The position numbers were made by a program, and so were the translations under genes. From Leptolinea sp. HRD-7 (lineage in GTDB: Bacteria; Chloroflexota; Anaerolineae; Anaerolineales; Anaerolineaceae), in NCBI GenBank assembly GCA_024363285.1, contig AP024710.1:1169163-1193162 (forward strand): a DNA stretch of 24,000 bases. The letters are read 5' to 3'. Below are positions 1 to 7,106 of the stretch, one piece after another. Each line of letters starts with the position of its first letter. Position 1 is the first letter of the stretch. The notes below the pieces were generated by a model. It was not told where the DNA came from. It was given only the letters and a program-made list of their open reading frames with translations, and made no database searches.

Positions 1-681
1 CTCTTCGGTGATCTGAATTAATGCCTGATTGTGAGACCAGGCTGCCTCGCAGGTATCAGCCGGTTGTGTTGAGCCTATTAAGACCTCCATACCATCCACT
101 ACGAGGTTAATAGTTGTGTCACATTGAGAGACCAGTTCCGCTTCAAACGCATGGCGATACAGCCGGCCTCCGGAAAAATCAAAATCACCACAACTGATTA
201 TTACCGCGCGCACTCCCCGCTGACAGGCTTCTTCCAGAGCCGGCTTTAAATTTTCCAGCGTTTCTCCCCAACCTACAACATACACTGATTCCTGTGATCT
301 TGCGATCATCGTTCTGGCGCGTTGGAGGATTGAGTCGCGGCCTCGAAGATTCCAGGTACTTTCATTTTCCTGATTTGTGTCTATCTGACTTAATTCTTTA
401 TCGAGGATTGATAAAGCTCCGTCAAATTGTTCCTGCAATTGAGCCAGCAGCTCATTCGGCGCGAGAGGTTTGAATTCCATCGGATCAGATTGCAGCGCGA
501 CGGCGTATCCACGGGCTGTCAGACGGTCCAGAGTCTCGTATATACGTGAACGGGGAACACCTGATAATTTGCTTAATTGGTAACCATTGACCGGATTTGA
601 TTTAAGTAATCCTATATAAACCCTGGCTTCATACGTGGAGAACCCTAATTTTTCAAGAGCGTCAACAGCCTGCTGATACAT
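1..681 (-). CDS. TrmB-family transcriptional regulator (partial; C-terminus runs off the window start)
   Basis: Absent from the supplied ORF track because it has no in-window stop. My own minus-strand translation from the ATG at 681-679 stays open for all 227 codons: MYQQAVDALEKLGFSTYEARVYIGLLKSNPVNGYQLSKLSGVPRSRIYETLDRLTARGYAVALQ... This is the typical TrmB N-terminal winged helix. A GGGTGA SD-like motif lies just upstream. Confidence 0.75.
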   Translation of the reverse strand, partial: MYQQAVDALEKLGFSTYEARVYIGLLKSNPVNGYQLSKLSGVPRSRIYETLDRLTARGYAVALQSDPMEFKPLAPNELLAQLQEQFDGALSILDKELSQIDTNQENESTWNLRGRDSILQRARTMIARSQESVYVVGWGETLENLKPALEEACQRGVRAVIISCGDFDFSGGRLYRHAFEAELVSQCDTTINLVVDGMEVLIGSTQPADTCEAAWSHNQALIQITEE

Positions 682-692
682 ATTCACCCTAT

Positions 693-714
693 AGTAGTTA
701 CTGAAGTAGTTACT
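693..714. promoter_or_regulatory. Tandem AGTAGTTACT x2 (693-702, 705-714) just upstream of the trmB-like start; candidate operator
   Basis: Two identical 10-mers separated by 2 nt, each with AGTA..TACT dyad ends, 12 nt from the start codon at 681. Confidence 0.3.
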
Positions 715-1127
715 ATTATTCTAGCGACAAAAAATCACGCTGTCAAGATTCACTGTGGATTGAATAAAAACGATAAAAAGTAATCATCGAAATGGAATGC
801 TGTTTATCAATTATCCCGTTTCGGTAGAAGGCACGGATAAGGAGGATTATTTCATGGATAGCTCTACTGCCGGATTGCTGTTTGGTTTAAAGAAGAATTG
901 ATCAACGCTGTCCTGCTTGTGGCGTGATTGTTCGCACTTTTTCAGTTGCAGTATCCCGTTCACGACCAGAAAAGGCTTATTTGTTAAAAAGGTTGCGTTG
1001 ATCGGGCTGATGAGCCTCATTACCGTGGTAAAAAAATCCATGTTGAAACACGGCTATGCCTGATGGGAACCGGCCTGACCGAAATGCTGGTGCTTGAATT
1101 GCTGTTCGAGCCTGTAATTCTCGCGGA

Positions 1128-2024
1128 TTAGCCGGCAGGTTGACGCGACCCGGTCTTGTGGTGGACCTGGTGGGATATTTCATCCTGACCGATCCATTTT
1201 GTGCTCCAACCATCCATAACAAATTCCATATTGGAGGATTTTCGGCGTGGGGGAAGCAGAGTCAACAGGTAAGCGTTGTGGAATGTCATCATCAACCATG
1301 TGAAGAACTTTTCAAGCAGCGAGAACCTCAGCAGAGTGGAGATAAAACGCGAGCTCCTTATCCGTCGGTGGTTTGTCACCGGGTAGGCAACATAAAAACC
1401 GCAATCAATGAATGCCTGGCCGATTGACCGGTAAGGTCGGTAAAATGTCTCATCCATAGATTCCCGGAAGTACCGTTCCACCAGAACTTCTTTGGCCGGA
1501 GGCGGTACTTCGGGCGGTTTCTTGCCAATTCCCAGAGTAAGATAGAAGCGGATCGAATATTTTCGCCAGATGCTCTTCGGTATCCAGTGGACGAATGGCA
1601 TGTGGATATGCGGTTCTATAATATTGTATTGCGGCCTGTAAACATGAAAGCTAATGCATCCGGGGACTAACACGCGCTTTAACTCGCGGGATAACAGGGT
1701 CAGGTTGGAGACATGCTCGATGACTTCCTGTGAGTACACAAAATGAAACCACTGGTTTTCAAAAGGGATTGTGCCGTCAGAATTATTGCACCGGACCAGG
1801 TTCAAGCCGTCATAGCCATGATCCGTGAGTAATTTCTGCCCGATATGTACTTCGCCGGGGTCTATATCAACACCATAAGCGTCAAATCCAGCCTGCCTCA
1901 GGCTGAGTACCGATAGCCCGATACCGCAACCAAAATCCAGTATTCGAAATTTTTCCGGCGCAATGTTCGATTGCTTGATTTGATAATGAAGGTACCGGAC
2001 GATCTCGTTGTTGATATGGTCCAT
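1128..2024 (-). CDS. Class I SAM-dependent methyltransferase
   Basis: 298-aa ORF. The N-terminal ILDFGCGIGLSVLSL (motif I GxGxG) followed by GVDIDP is typical of the Methyltransf_11/25-type Rossmann fold. The C-terminal ~120 aa are unassigned. Confidence 0.75.
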   Translation of the reverse strand: MDHINNEIVRYLHYQIKQSNIAPEKFRILDFGCGIGLSVLSLRQAGFDAYGVDIDPGEVHIGQKLLTDHGYDGLNLVRCNNSDGTIPFENQWFHFVYSQEVIEHVSNLTLLSRELKRVLVPGCISFHVYRPQYNIIEPHIHMPFVHWIPKSIWRKYSIRFYLTLGIGKKPPEVPPPAKEVLVERYFRESMDETFYRPYRSIGQAFIDCGFYVAYPVTNHRRIRSSRFISTLLRFSLLEKFFTWLMMTFHNAYLLTLLPPRRKSSNMEFVMDGWSTKWIGQDEISHQVHHKTGSRQPAG

Positions 2025-2143
2025 AGACTTTCTCTTCCAACTGGATGTTCCGGAAAAATCCTATGCTCATGAAAGAAGCGTATCCGTCGATTCAATATTA
2101 GAGTAAATAGTGAATCAATACAATGGGAGAATCAAAGAAATAC

Positions 2144-2172
2144 TTGACATATACTGTTGAATGTTCTATAAT
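2144..2172 (+). promoter_or_regulatory. Sigma70-type promoter of the LacI-family gene (TTGACA-17-TATAAT)
   Basis: TTGACA at 2144-2149, exactly 17 nt of spacer, TATAAT at 2167-2172, about 32 nt upstream of the ATG at 2204. Confidence 0.6.
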
Positions 2173-2185
2173 GCAACCGGTTGCA
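2172..2185. promoter_or_regulatory. LacI-family operator, perfect 14-bp palindrome TGCAACCGGTTGCA
   Basis: Perfect dyad with a central CG, fitting the generic LacI/CcpA-type TGnAAnCGnTTnCA pattern. It overlaps the last base of the -10 hexamer. Confidence 0.6.
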
Positions 2186-2203
2186 AAAAACAGGATATAA
2201 ACA

Positions 2204-3217
2204 ATGGCAACAAAAAATGTTCAAACAATCGAGGATATCGCAAAACTGGCCAACGTCAGTAAGTCGACGGTTTCTCGGGCGTTGAACAACAGCACGCTTA
2301 TCAATCCGGAGACGCGGGAACGTATTCAAGAGATCGCGCGCGCCCATAATTTTAAACTCAACGCGCCGGCGCGCAACTTGAGTCTGCGGCAGAGTCACAC
2401 GCTGGGGTTTGTGTCGTATGCCTGTTGCGGCAAAAACTTTACGGCGGAAGACCTCTTTGGTCTTGAACTTCTGGGTGGGATTTCAGACGGTTTGCGCAAC
2501 CTGGGATATGACCTGCTGGTAATACCGGTGGATCCGCACGAAGACTCATGGGAACAGCATTATCTCGATAGCGGCCGGGTGGATGGTTTTGTTCTGATCA
2601 TGTCAACCCATAAGCAGAAGCACGTTAACAATCTGGTACGGCATGGAACCCCCTTCATCGTCTGGGGGGTACCGGGCCCGGGCAGCAATTATTGTTCCGT
2701 ATCTGGTGACGATTTCACGGGCGGCAAACTGGCCACTAACCGTCTGGTGGAGATAGGGCGCAAGCGGATTGGTTTTCTGGGTGGAATTCCCGGTGAGTTG
2801 GAAGTGTTACAAAGGTATGCCGGATACGAAGCCGCGTTGACGGAGGCCGGTTTGGCAATTGACCCCAACCTGGTGACATACGGGAATTATTCCCACGTTT
2901 CGGGTAAAGAAGAAATGCTGCGATTGCTTAACCAGGTGCCGGATATTGACGCGGTATTTGTCAACAGCGACCTGATGGCGCTCGGGGCGATCGACGCCCT
3001 GCAAAGCAAGGGTAAGCGGGTACCGGAGGACGTCGCCGTGATCGGTTATGACGACCTTCTGCTGGCGAAATATAACAATCTGCCCCTTACCACTATTCGG
3101 CAGAATGTGCCCCTGGCGGGACGCCTGCTGGCTCAGAACCTTATTCAGTTTATTCAGACCGGTGTGGTCACCAATGTTAAACTGCCAGTGGAACTGGTAG
3201 TGCGGAAATCCGCATAG
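2204..3217 (+). CDS. LacI-family transcriptional regulator
   Basis: 337 aa. The N-terminal HTH is TIEDIAKLANVSKSTVSRALNN. The remainder looks like a periplasmic-binding-protein-like sugar-binding core (VIGYDD..., TTIRQ). Confidence 0.9.
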   Translation: MATKNVQTIEDIAKLANVSKSTVSRALNNSTLINPETRERIQEIARAHNFKLNAPARNLSLRQSHTLGFVSYACCGKNFTAEDLFGLELLGGISDGLRNLGYDLLVIPVDPHEDSWEQHYLDSGRVDGFVLIMSTHKQKHVNNLVRHGTPFIVWGVPGPGSNYCSVSGDDFTGGKLATNRLVEIGRKRIGFLGGIPGELEVLQRYAGYEAALTEAGLAIDPNLVTYGNYSHVSGKEEMLRLLNQVPDIDAVFVNSDLMALGAIDALQSKGKRVPEDVAVIGYDDLLLAKYNNLPLTTIRQNVPLAGRLLAQNLIQFIQTGVVTNVKLPVELVVRKSA

Positions 3218-3235
3218 AGAGCGGATCTTTTTTTT
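3208..3235 (+). terminator. Rho-independent terminator after the LacI-family gene
   Basis: ATCCGC(3208-3213)-ATAGAGA-GCGGAT(3221-3226) stem-loop followed by C and then a T8 run. The stop codon TAG (3215-3217) sits in the loop. Confidence 0.6.
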
Positions 3236-3242
3236 AGTCCGG

Positions 3243-3260
3243 TTTGCAACCGGTTGCAAA
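3243..3260. promoter_or_regulatory. Second LacI-family operator, 18-bp perfect palindrome TTTGCAACCGGTTGCAAA
   Basis: Contains the same 14-bp core as 2172-2185. It abuts the AAGGAG SD (3259-3264) of the 78-aa ORF. Confidence 0.6.
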
Positions 3261-3270
3261 GGAGTAGAAC

Positions 3271-3507
3271 ATGTCTAGCATTCAATTGGTCAACAGTGTT
3301 ATCGAATGGGAACGTAGAATCGAATTCGAAGAATCCAAACGCCTCACCCATTCAAATGAACCATACGTGAATTATCTGGCCGAGGTAGTTCCGGCCCGTA
3401 AACAATCTGGATCACTGATCGATCGTGTCTTAGGTAGAGACAAAAAACCTCAACCGGTGATTTCCTCCCGTAAGGAAAAATCCTGCAAGGACCCGCAACC
3501 CTGCTAG
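3271..3507 (+). CDS. Hypothetical small protein (78 aa), apparently under LacI-type operator control
   Basis: ATG preceded by AAGGAG at 7-nt spacing, followed by two terminator-like hairpins. I recognise no family (MSSIQLVNSVIEWERRIEFEESKRL...). Confidence 0.5.
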   Translation: MSSIQLVNSVIEWERRIEFEESKRLTHSNEPYVNYLAEVVPARKQSGSLIDRVLGRDKKPQPVISSRKEKSCKDPQPC

Positions 3508-3545
3508 GACCATCACCGAAACCAGTTTTGACTGGTCTGAATACG

Positions 3546-3570
3546 GGGCACGCTGCGGTTTGGCGTGCCC
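3546..3570 (+). terminator. Terminator-like GC hairpin downstream of the 78-aa ORF
   Basis: GGGCACGC(3546-3553)-TGCGGTTTG-GCGTGCCC(3563-3570). The trailing sequence TGTATCGTTTCTC is only moderately T-rich. Confidence 0.4.
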
Positions 3571-3599
3571 TGTATCGTTTCTCAAGTTTGATTTACAGG

Positions 3600-3621
3600 C
3601 AGGAACTTTTTTCCTGTTTTT
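3600..3621 (+). terminator. Rho-independent terminator
   Basis: CAGGAA(3600-3605)-CTTTT-TTCCTG(3611-3616) followed by TTTTT. Confidence 0.5.
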
Positions 3622-3714
3622 ACGTCTAATTTACAGAATGTACGAAACTATTGAATACCTGCCGGGTTTAATACATCATGAAAGTCGCATCGGTTTTGTT
3701 ATAAGGAGGATGCT

Positions 3715-3801
3715 ATGGGACCTGTTTATGTAGTTGTTACCCTGTTGACCACGTTATTCGCGACCATCAGTTTTGCCGGACTTCTGCACTCGAAGGACTA
3801 A
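3715..3801 (+). CDS. Candidate 28-aa hydrophobic small protein (below the ORF-track cutoff)
   Basis: AAGGAGG (3704-3710) lies 4 nt before the ATG at 3715. Translation: MGPVYVVVTLLTTLFATISFAGLLHSKD, one predicted TM helix. The stop TAA at 3799-3801 overlaps the stop of the convergent gene. Confidence 0.3.
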   Translation: MGPVYVVVTLLTTLFATISFAGLLHSKD

Positions 3802-4532
3802 TTCTCGTTCAACAACCTGAAAATATGGTTGATATGATCTACTTCATGCCAGGCGGCACGGCGCAGTACCTTGCGCGGACTCCAGAATGTGCCGTCTTTA
3901 CCAGTGACCAGCCGGTCACCATTCAAACTGACCAGGGTTCGTTCAAAAATTTTCCGGGTGGCATCCATTCGTCGAAAAACATCTTCCGGCAGGGTGGTTG
4001 ATTCGGCCGCCAGAATATTCAAACGGTCCAGCAGCCATAACTCGGTTGTGGCCACATGGTCCAGAATACCGCGGATACTCCACTTTTCGCCCGGCAATTC
4101 TTTATCCAATTGCTCCGCGGAAAGATCTCCGGTAAGGCCGATGAGGTCTTTGCGCGACCATGACATCACCTCCAGCCCGCGGTCGATCTCTTCAACGGTC
4201 AACGGATTCCAGTCAACCTTGAAGAAGGCTGTCACATTTCGGCCGGCTGCCGATGGAAATTGTTCCGCGTCCACAGGGTAACAGTCAAATGACTCAGCCA
4301 TGTGAACGTCTATATCATCAAAATCGATCCAGTTCTCTTCCGCCAGAGCGGCTACACGTTCCTTATACCCGATGAACGCGCGAGGGAATGCCATTATGGC
4401 AGCCGCGCCTTCAGAGCCATACGCGAAGCATCCCGGGTAATCCAGCGCCCAGGCGATGGATTTGTTCTCGTAATTGTTTTCAAGGCCGATTTCAATTCTC
4501 ATGATTAAAGGGGGTTCCCTTCCCACCCGCAA
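3798..4532 (-). CDS. HicB-like (UPF0150) N-terminal domain fused to a DinB-family C-terminal domain
   Basis: N-terminus: IGLENNYENKSIAWALDYPGCFAYGSEGAAAIMAF resembles the HicB/UPF0150 'LPGCxxxG' fold. C-terminus: ILDHVATTELWLLDRL ... WHEVDHINHI gives a DinB-like His triad. The likely true start is the ATG at 4502 (MRIEIGLE), directly after the upstream gene's stop. Confidence 0.65.
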   Translation of the reverse strand: MRVGREPPLIMRIEIGLENNYENKSIAWALDYPGCFAYGSEGAAAIMAFPRAFIGYKERVAALAEENWIDFDDIDVHMAESFDCYPVDAEQFPSAAGRNVTAFFKVDWNPLTVEEIDRGLEVMSWSRKDLIGLTGDLSAEQLDKELPGEKWSIRGILDHVATTELWLLDRLNILAAESTTLPEDVFRRMDATRKIFERTLVSLNGDRLVTGKDGTFWSPRKVLRRAAWHEVDHINHIFRLLNEN

Positions 4533-5593
4533 CGGGCATTAGAGATGGTGATCCACTGGCCGTCAAATTTACCGCCCTTGGGGCGCAGGCGCAGAGTGTC
4601 ACCCGTGAATTGTATCCGTATATCCAGACCTTTCAATCCGAAATTGGAGATAAACCGGATATCACTGGCCAGAGTGGACGCGGTATTTTGTAACGCGCAG
4701 CGGGCATAGCTTTCACTGGTGGTTTGGAAGGCACCATCATTATTCAACCGGTCTGCGAGTTGATTCGCTATTTCCACGCCTTTTTTTGCCGTTAAAGCGG
4801 TAACAAGTGAACGGTCTACTGAAATGGATAGGGCTTCCTCATCCCATCGCCAGCTTCCATTACCCGGTCCGGAAAAACTCTGACTGGATGCCGGGTTGAT
4901 AAGCGCTTTCATACGGGGAGAATGAATCCAACCTTCCGCGTTGTTGATGGAATAGTGCCCGGAATCGACCTTCATTTCAAGCAGGCGTTCAGGGATCGGG
5001 GTAGCCGGACGGGTTTGTGTCCAGATATTCTGTTGAACGATCTGCACTTTGTTTCCGCCTACCCGGTTGACCACCATGATATGATCACCCGGCTGACGAT
5101 AGGTATAAATGATCAAGTCGCCCGGCCGCGGGGGCACGGTACCGCCATTGGGAAAATACGTCAGGTCGACAAACGGTAAATACTTGGCTGCCTCAGGGTC
5201 ATCGACTGATAATGAGCCGTCTTTGATCTGTGCCTGCATTTCATGTGCCCGGTTTATGACATCGATCATATCGTTGGGAATGTTGACAATATCCGGCCAG
5301 CGGCCGTTATTTGAAAGATATCCCAGCTTTTCCGCATACAGGCGCACTGTAAGTTCAATGCATTGATAACAATAGGCATATCCGCAAAACGGGGTTATTT
5401 CTATGTACCCTTCACCGCCCTTCGGGCCAATATCGGGGTAGATCACGTCTACCCCTTTGCCGGCAAGCCAGTCACTGCCGCGCAGCAGGTACTGGTCAGC
5501 CGCGGGACGGGCAGAAACCGGCATTGTGGAAAGCAATATACTGAAACAGACCAGTAATAAAGTTAAAATTTTAAATCTGGTTTTCATGGTCAA
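4505..5593 (-). CDS. Secreted CHAP-domain (cysteine/histidine peptidoglycan amidase/peptidase) protein with an unassigned C-terminal domain
   Basis: Signal peptide MTMKTRFKILTLLLVCFSILLSTMPVSA. CHAP-like catalytic motifs are CYQCIELTV (QC) and PGDLIIY...GDHIMVVNRVGGNKVQIVQQN. Confidence 0.65.
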   Translation of the reverse strand: MTMKTRFKILTLLLVCFSILLSTMPVSARPAADQYLLRGSDWLAGKGVDVIYPDIGPKGGEGYIEITPFCGYAYCYQCIELTVRLYAEKLGYLSNNGRWPDIVNIPNDMIDVINRAHEMQAQIKDGSLSVDDPEAAKYLPFVDLTYFPNGGTVPPRPGDLIIYTYRQPGDHIMVVNRVGGNKVQIVQQNIWTQTRPATPIPERLLEMKVDSGHYSINNAEGWIHSPRMKALINPASSQSFSGPGNGSWRWDEEALSISVDRSLVTALTAKKGVEIANQLADRLNNDGAFQTTSESYARCALQNTASTLASDIRFISNFGLKGLDIRIQFTGDTLRLRPKGGKFDGQWITISNARCGWEGNPL

Positions 5594-5672
5594 CCGTAGA
5601 ATTGATTATACGGTTAGAGATGCAAGTTGAGTGCCTTGCAAAAGTTATTATTTCAAGAATAAATTTCGGAGA

Positions 5673-5975
5673 TTAACAACAGCCAGAATTGTCTCCGCAA
5701 CAAGAATCTCTGCCACACGCAACTTCTTTTTTACCGTGTAGAGCGGCATATATCATAGCCGCCGCACAGCCCACACCGCTATCTACCCAGATGGCGTGTG
5801 ACGGGCAATTGACCATACATGCCCCGCATTCCATACAACGTTCTTTATGCGCCATTTTGGCATAATCTGGACCGGATTCAAACACGCCATGCGGACATAC
5901 CACAGCGCACATCCCGCAATTGACGCAGGCATCCGGGTCAAAAACCAGTGTGTTCACATCAAGATAGTGCAACAC
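5673..5975 (-). CDS. hgcB: HgcB, 2x[4Fe-4S] ferredoxin of the mercury methylation system
   Basis: Motifs CVNCGMCAVVCP and CMECGACMVNCP (the C(M/I)ECGA signature), an extra Cys in GVGCAAAM, and a Cys-rich tail ...ACGRDSCCGDNSGCC ending in CC. It starts 5 nt after the hgcA stop. Confidence 0.85.
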   Translation of the reverse strand: MLHYLDVNTLVFDPDACVNCGMCAVVCPHGVFESGPDYAKMAHKERCMECGACMVNCPSHAIWVDSGVGCAAAMIYAALHGKKEVACGRDSCCGDNSGCC

Positions 5976-5980
5976 GTTTT

Positions 5981-6988
5981 TCAGACGCCTCCAGTCAATT
6001 CAATGATCCGGTTGGCTATCGCGGAAATCAGTCCGATTCCAGATAGTCCTGCCATCACGGGGATGAATCGGTTCATCTCAAAGCGTACACCGGATTTGGA
6101 AGTAAAAGGAGTGGCTCCAGTGAAATTTAGCGCGATAAACGCCGTTATAGCCGGAAAAATGAGTAACAGGGATGCCAGGTTTAATCCAATCTGGATAACT
6201 GCCCCGCCTCCTGTTTCAAGCCGCCAAAAAACAAAAGGCAGCATAACCAACACGCCCAGCACCAGGCCTTTCAGGCTAAATTCGCGGAATGGCAGCCAGG
6301 GAAGCAAAAGCGGGAAGAGAGCCGTTCCTGCAAGAATTGAAGTTAAGGCGGCGAAAGCCAGCCAACATCCACCCAGCAGCCAACCGGCCAGACTCGCTCC
6401 CAACATAGGGAGAAACGCGCCCAGGACTTCTATCGGTATCAATACCGCTCTATCACGAATAGAGAATTTCACCCGGCGCATTTCCGGAGTGGCTGTGCGG
6501 GTCCGCATGTACGCAGGAATATCTTCCGCTCGAACAGGCCCATACTCCACGCGAAATCCTGTGGCTTTCTTAACTTCATGAGCAACTACGCCAGGCGCCC
6601 CCAACTGTGGGAGGATCAAAACTCGATGCGATACGACATCGCCAAGCTTTGTGTCCAGTATCCTGTAGATAAGCTCTTTAGTACCAAAAGTTCCTTTACC
6701 GGCAGCGCACCAAACATTCACTCCGAAAGTGTCCAGCACCAGTATGAAGGCATCCATCCCGTCAAGGTTTGATCGAAGGGCGTCGAAGCTCAGCGTGTAA
6801 TTGCTGGTGACAAATACCGGTGTTTCCGGGCCTGGCTTTCCCAGCCGGTACAACCCGGGTTTCACCCGATGCCACGGGCGCTTGTATCCTACTCTTGCCA
6901 GAAAATGATCCCAATAATTGGCCAGGGTAAGGCTGCTGTGGGTTTCTGTGTAAACGGATCGATGTGTCCGCATGACAGGCATAATCAC
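5981..6988 (-). CDS. hgcA: HgcA, corrinoid protein of the mercury methylation system
   Basis: The cap-helix signature GVNVWCAAGKGTFGT (N-V-W-C-A-A-G-K encoded at 6695-6718) is followed by a C-terminal half of hydrophobic TM segments (LIPIEVLGAFLPMLGASLAGWLLGG..., LVLGVLVMLPFVFW..., LLLIFPAITAFIALNF...). The start is ambiguous: GTG 6988, ATG 6982 or ATG 6973. Confidence 0.9.
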   Translation of the reverse strand: MIMPVMRTHRSVYTETHSSLTLANYWDHFLARVGYKRPWHRVKPGLYRLGKPGPETPVFVTSNYTLSFDALRSNLDGMDAFILVLDTFGVNVWCAAGKGTFGTKELIYRILDTKLGDVVSHRVLILPQLGAPGVVAHEVKKATGFRVEYGPVRAEDIPAYMRTRTATPEMRRVKFSIRDRAVLIPIEVLGAFLPMLGASLAGWLLGGCWLAFAALTSILAGTALFPLLLPWLPFREFSLKGLVLGVLVMLPFVFWRLETGGGAVIQIGLNLASLLLIFPAITAFIALNFTGATPFTSKSGVRFEMNRFIPVMAGLSGIGLISAIANRIIELTGGV

Positions 6989-7106
6989 CTGATCCTTAAA
7001 TAATATTCAAAAAAACGCATATTTGATTCTACTATGTTAATCCATCAACTTTTGAAAATTCTTTATCGATTTTATCCTTCAGCGCCGGTAACATGGAATA
7101 CAATAG

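Noticed and set aside
847-1222. Small minus-strand ORFs at 847..1041 (64 aa) and 977..1222 (81 aa), between the trmB-like and methyltransferase genes.
   Set aside because: They have no SD, they overlap each other and the methyltransferase 3' end, and their composition is uninformative.
5847-6581. A 244-aa plus-strand ORF antisense to hgcA. Similar long antisense ORFs occur at 9182..9895, 12873..13562, 13483..13872, 23215..23661, 2807..3259, 8318..8773 and 15536..15946.
   Set aside because: These are shadow ORFs opposite well-supported genes in GC-rich DNA. Their products are low-complexity and Arg/Pro/Ser/Gly-rich, with no RBS and no recognisable domains.
5981-6988. The ORF could be an ordinary corrinoid iron-sulfur protein (acetyl-CoA pathway) rather than HgcA.
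   Set aside because: It has the NVWCAAGK cap-helix motif, a C-terminal transmembrane half and an immediately adjacent CMECGA ferredoxin with a CC tail. No acs/cdh genes are nearby.
6989-7106. Divergent promoters for hgcA and the CN-hydrolase gene in the AT-rich spacer.
   Set aside because: Several -35/-10-like hexamers are present (for example TTGATG and TAGAAT), but none has acceptable spacing. I therefore annotated no promoter.
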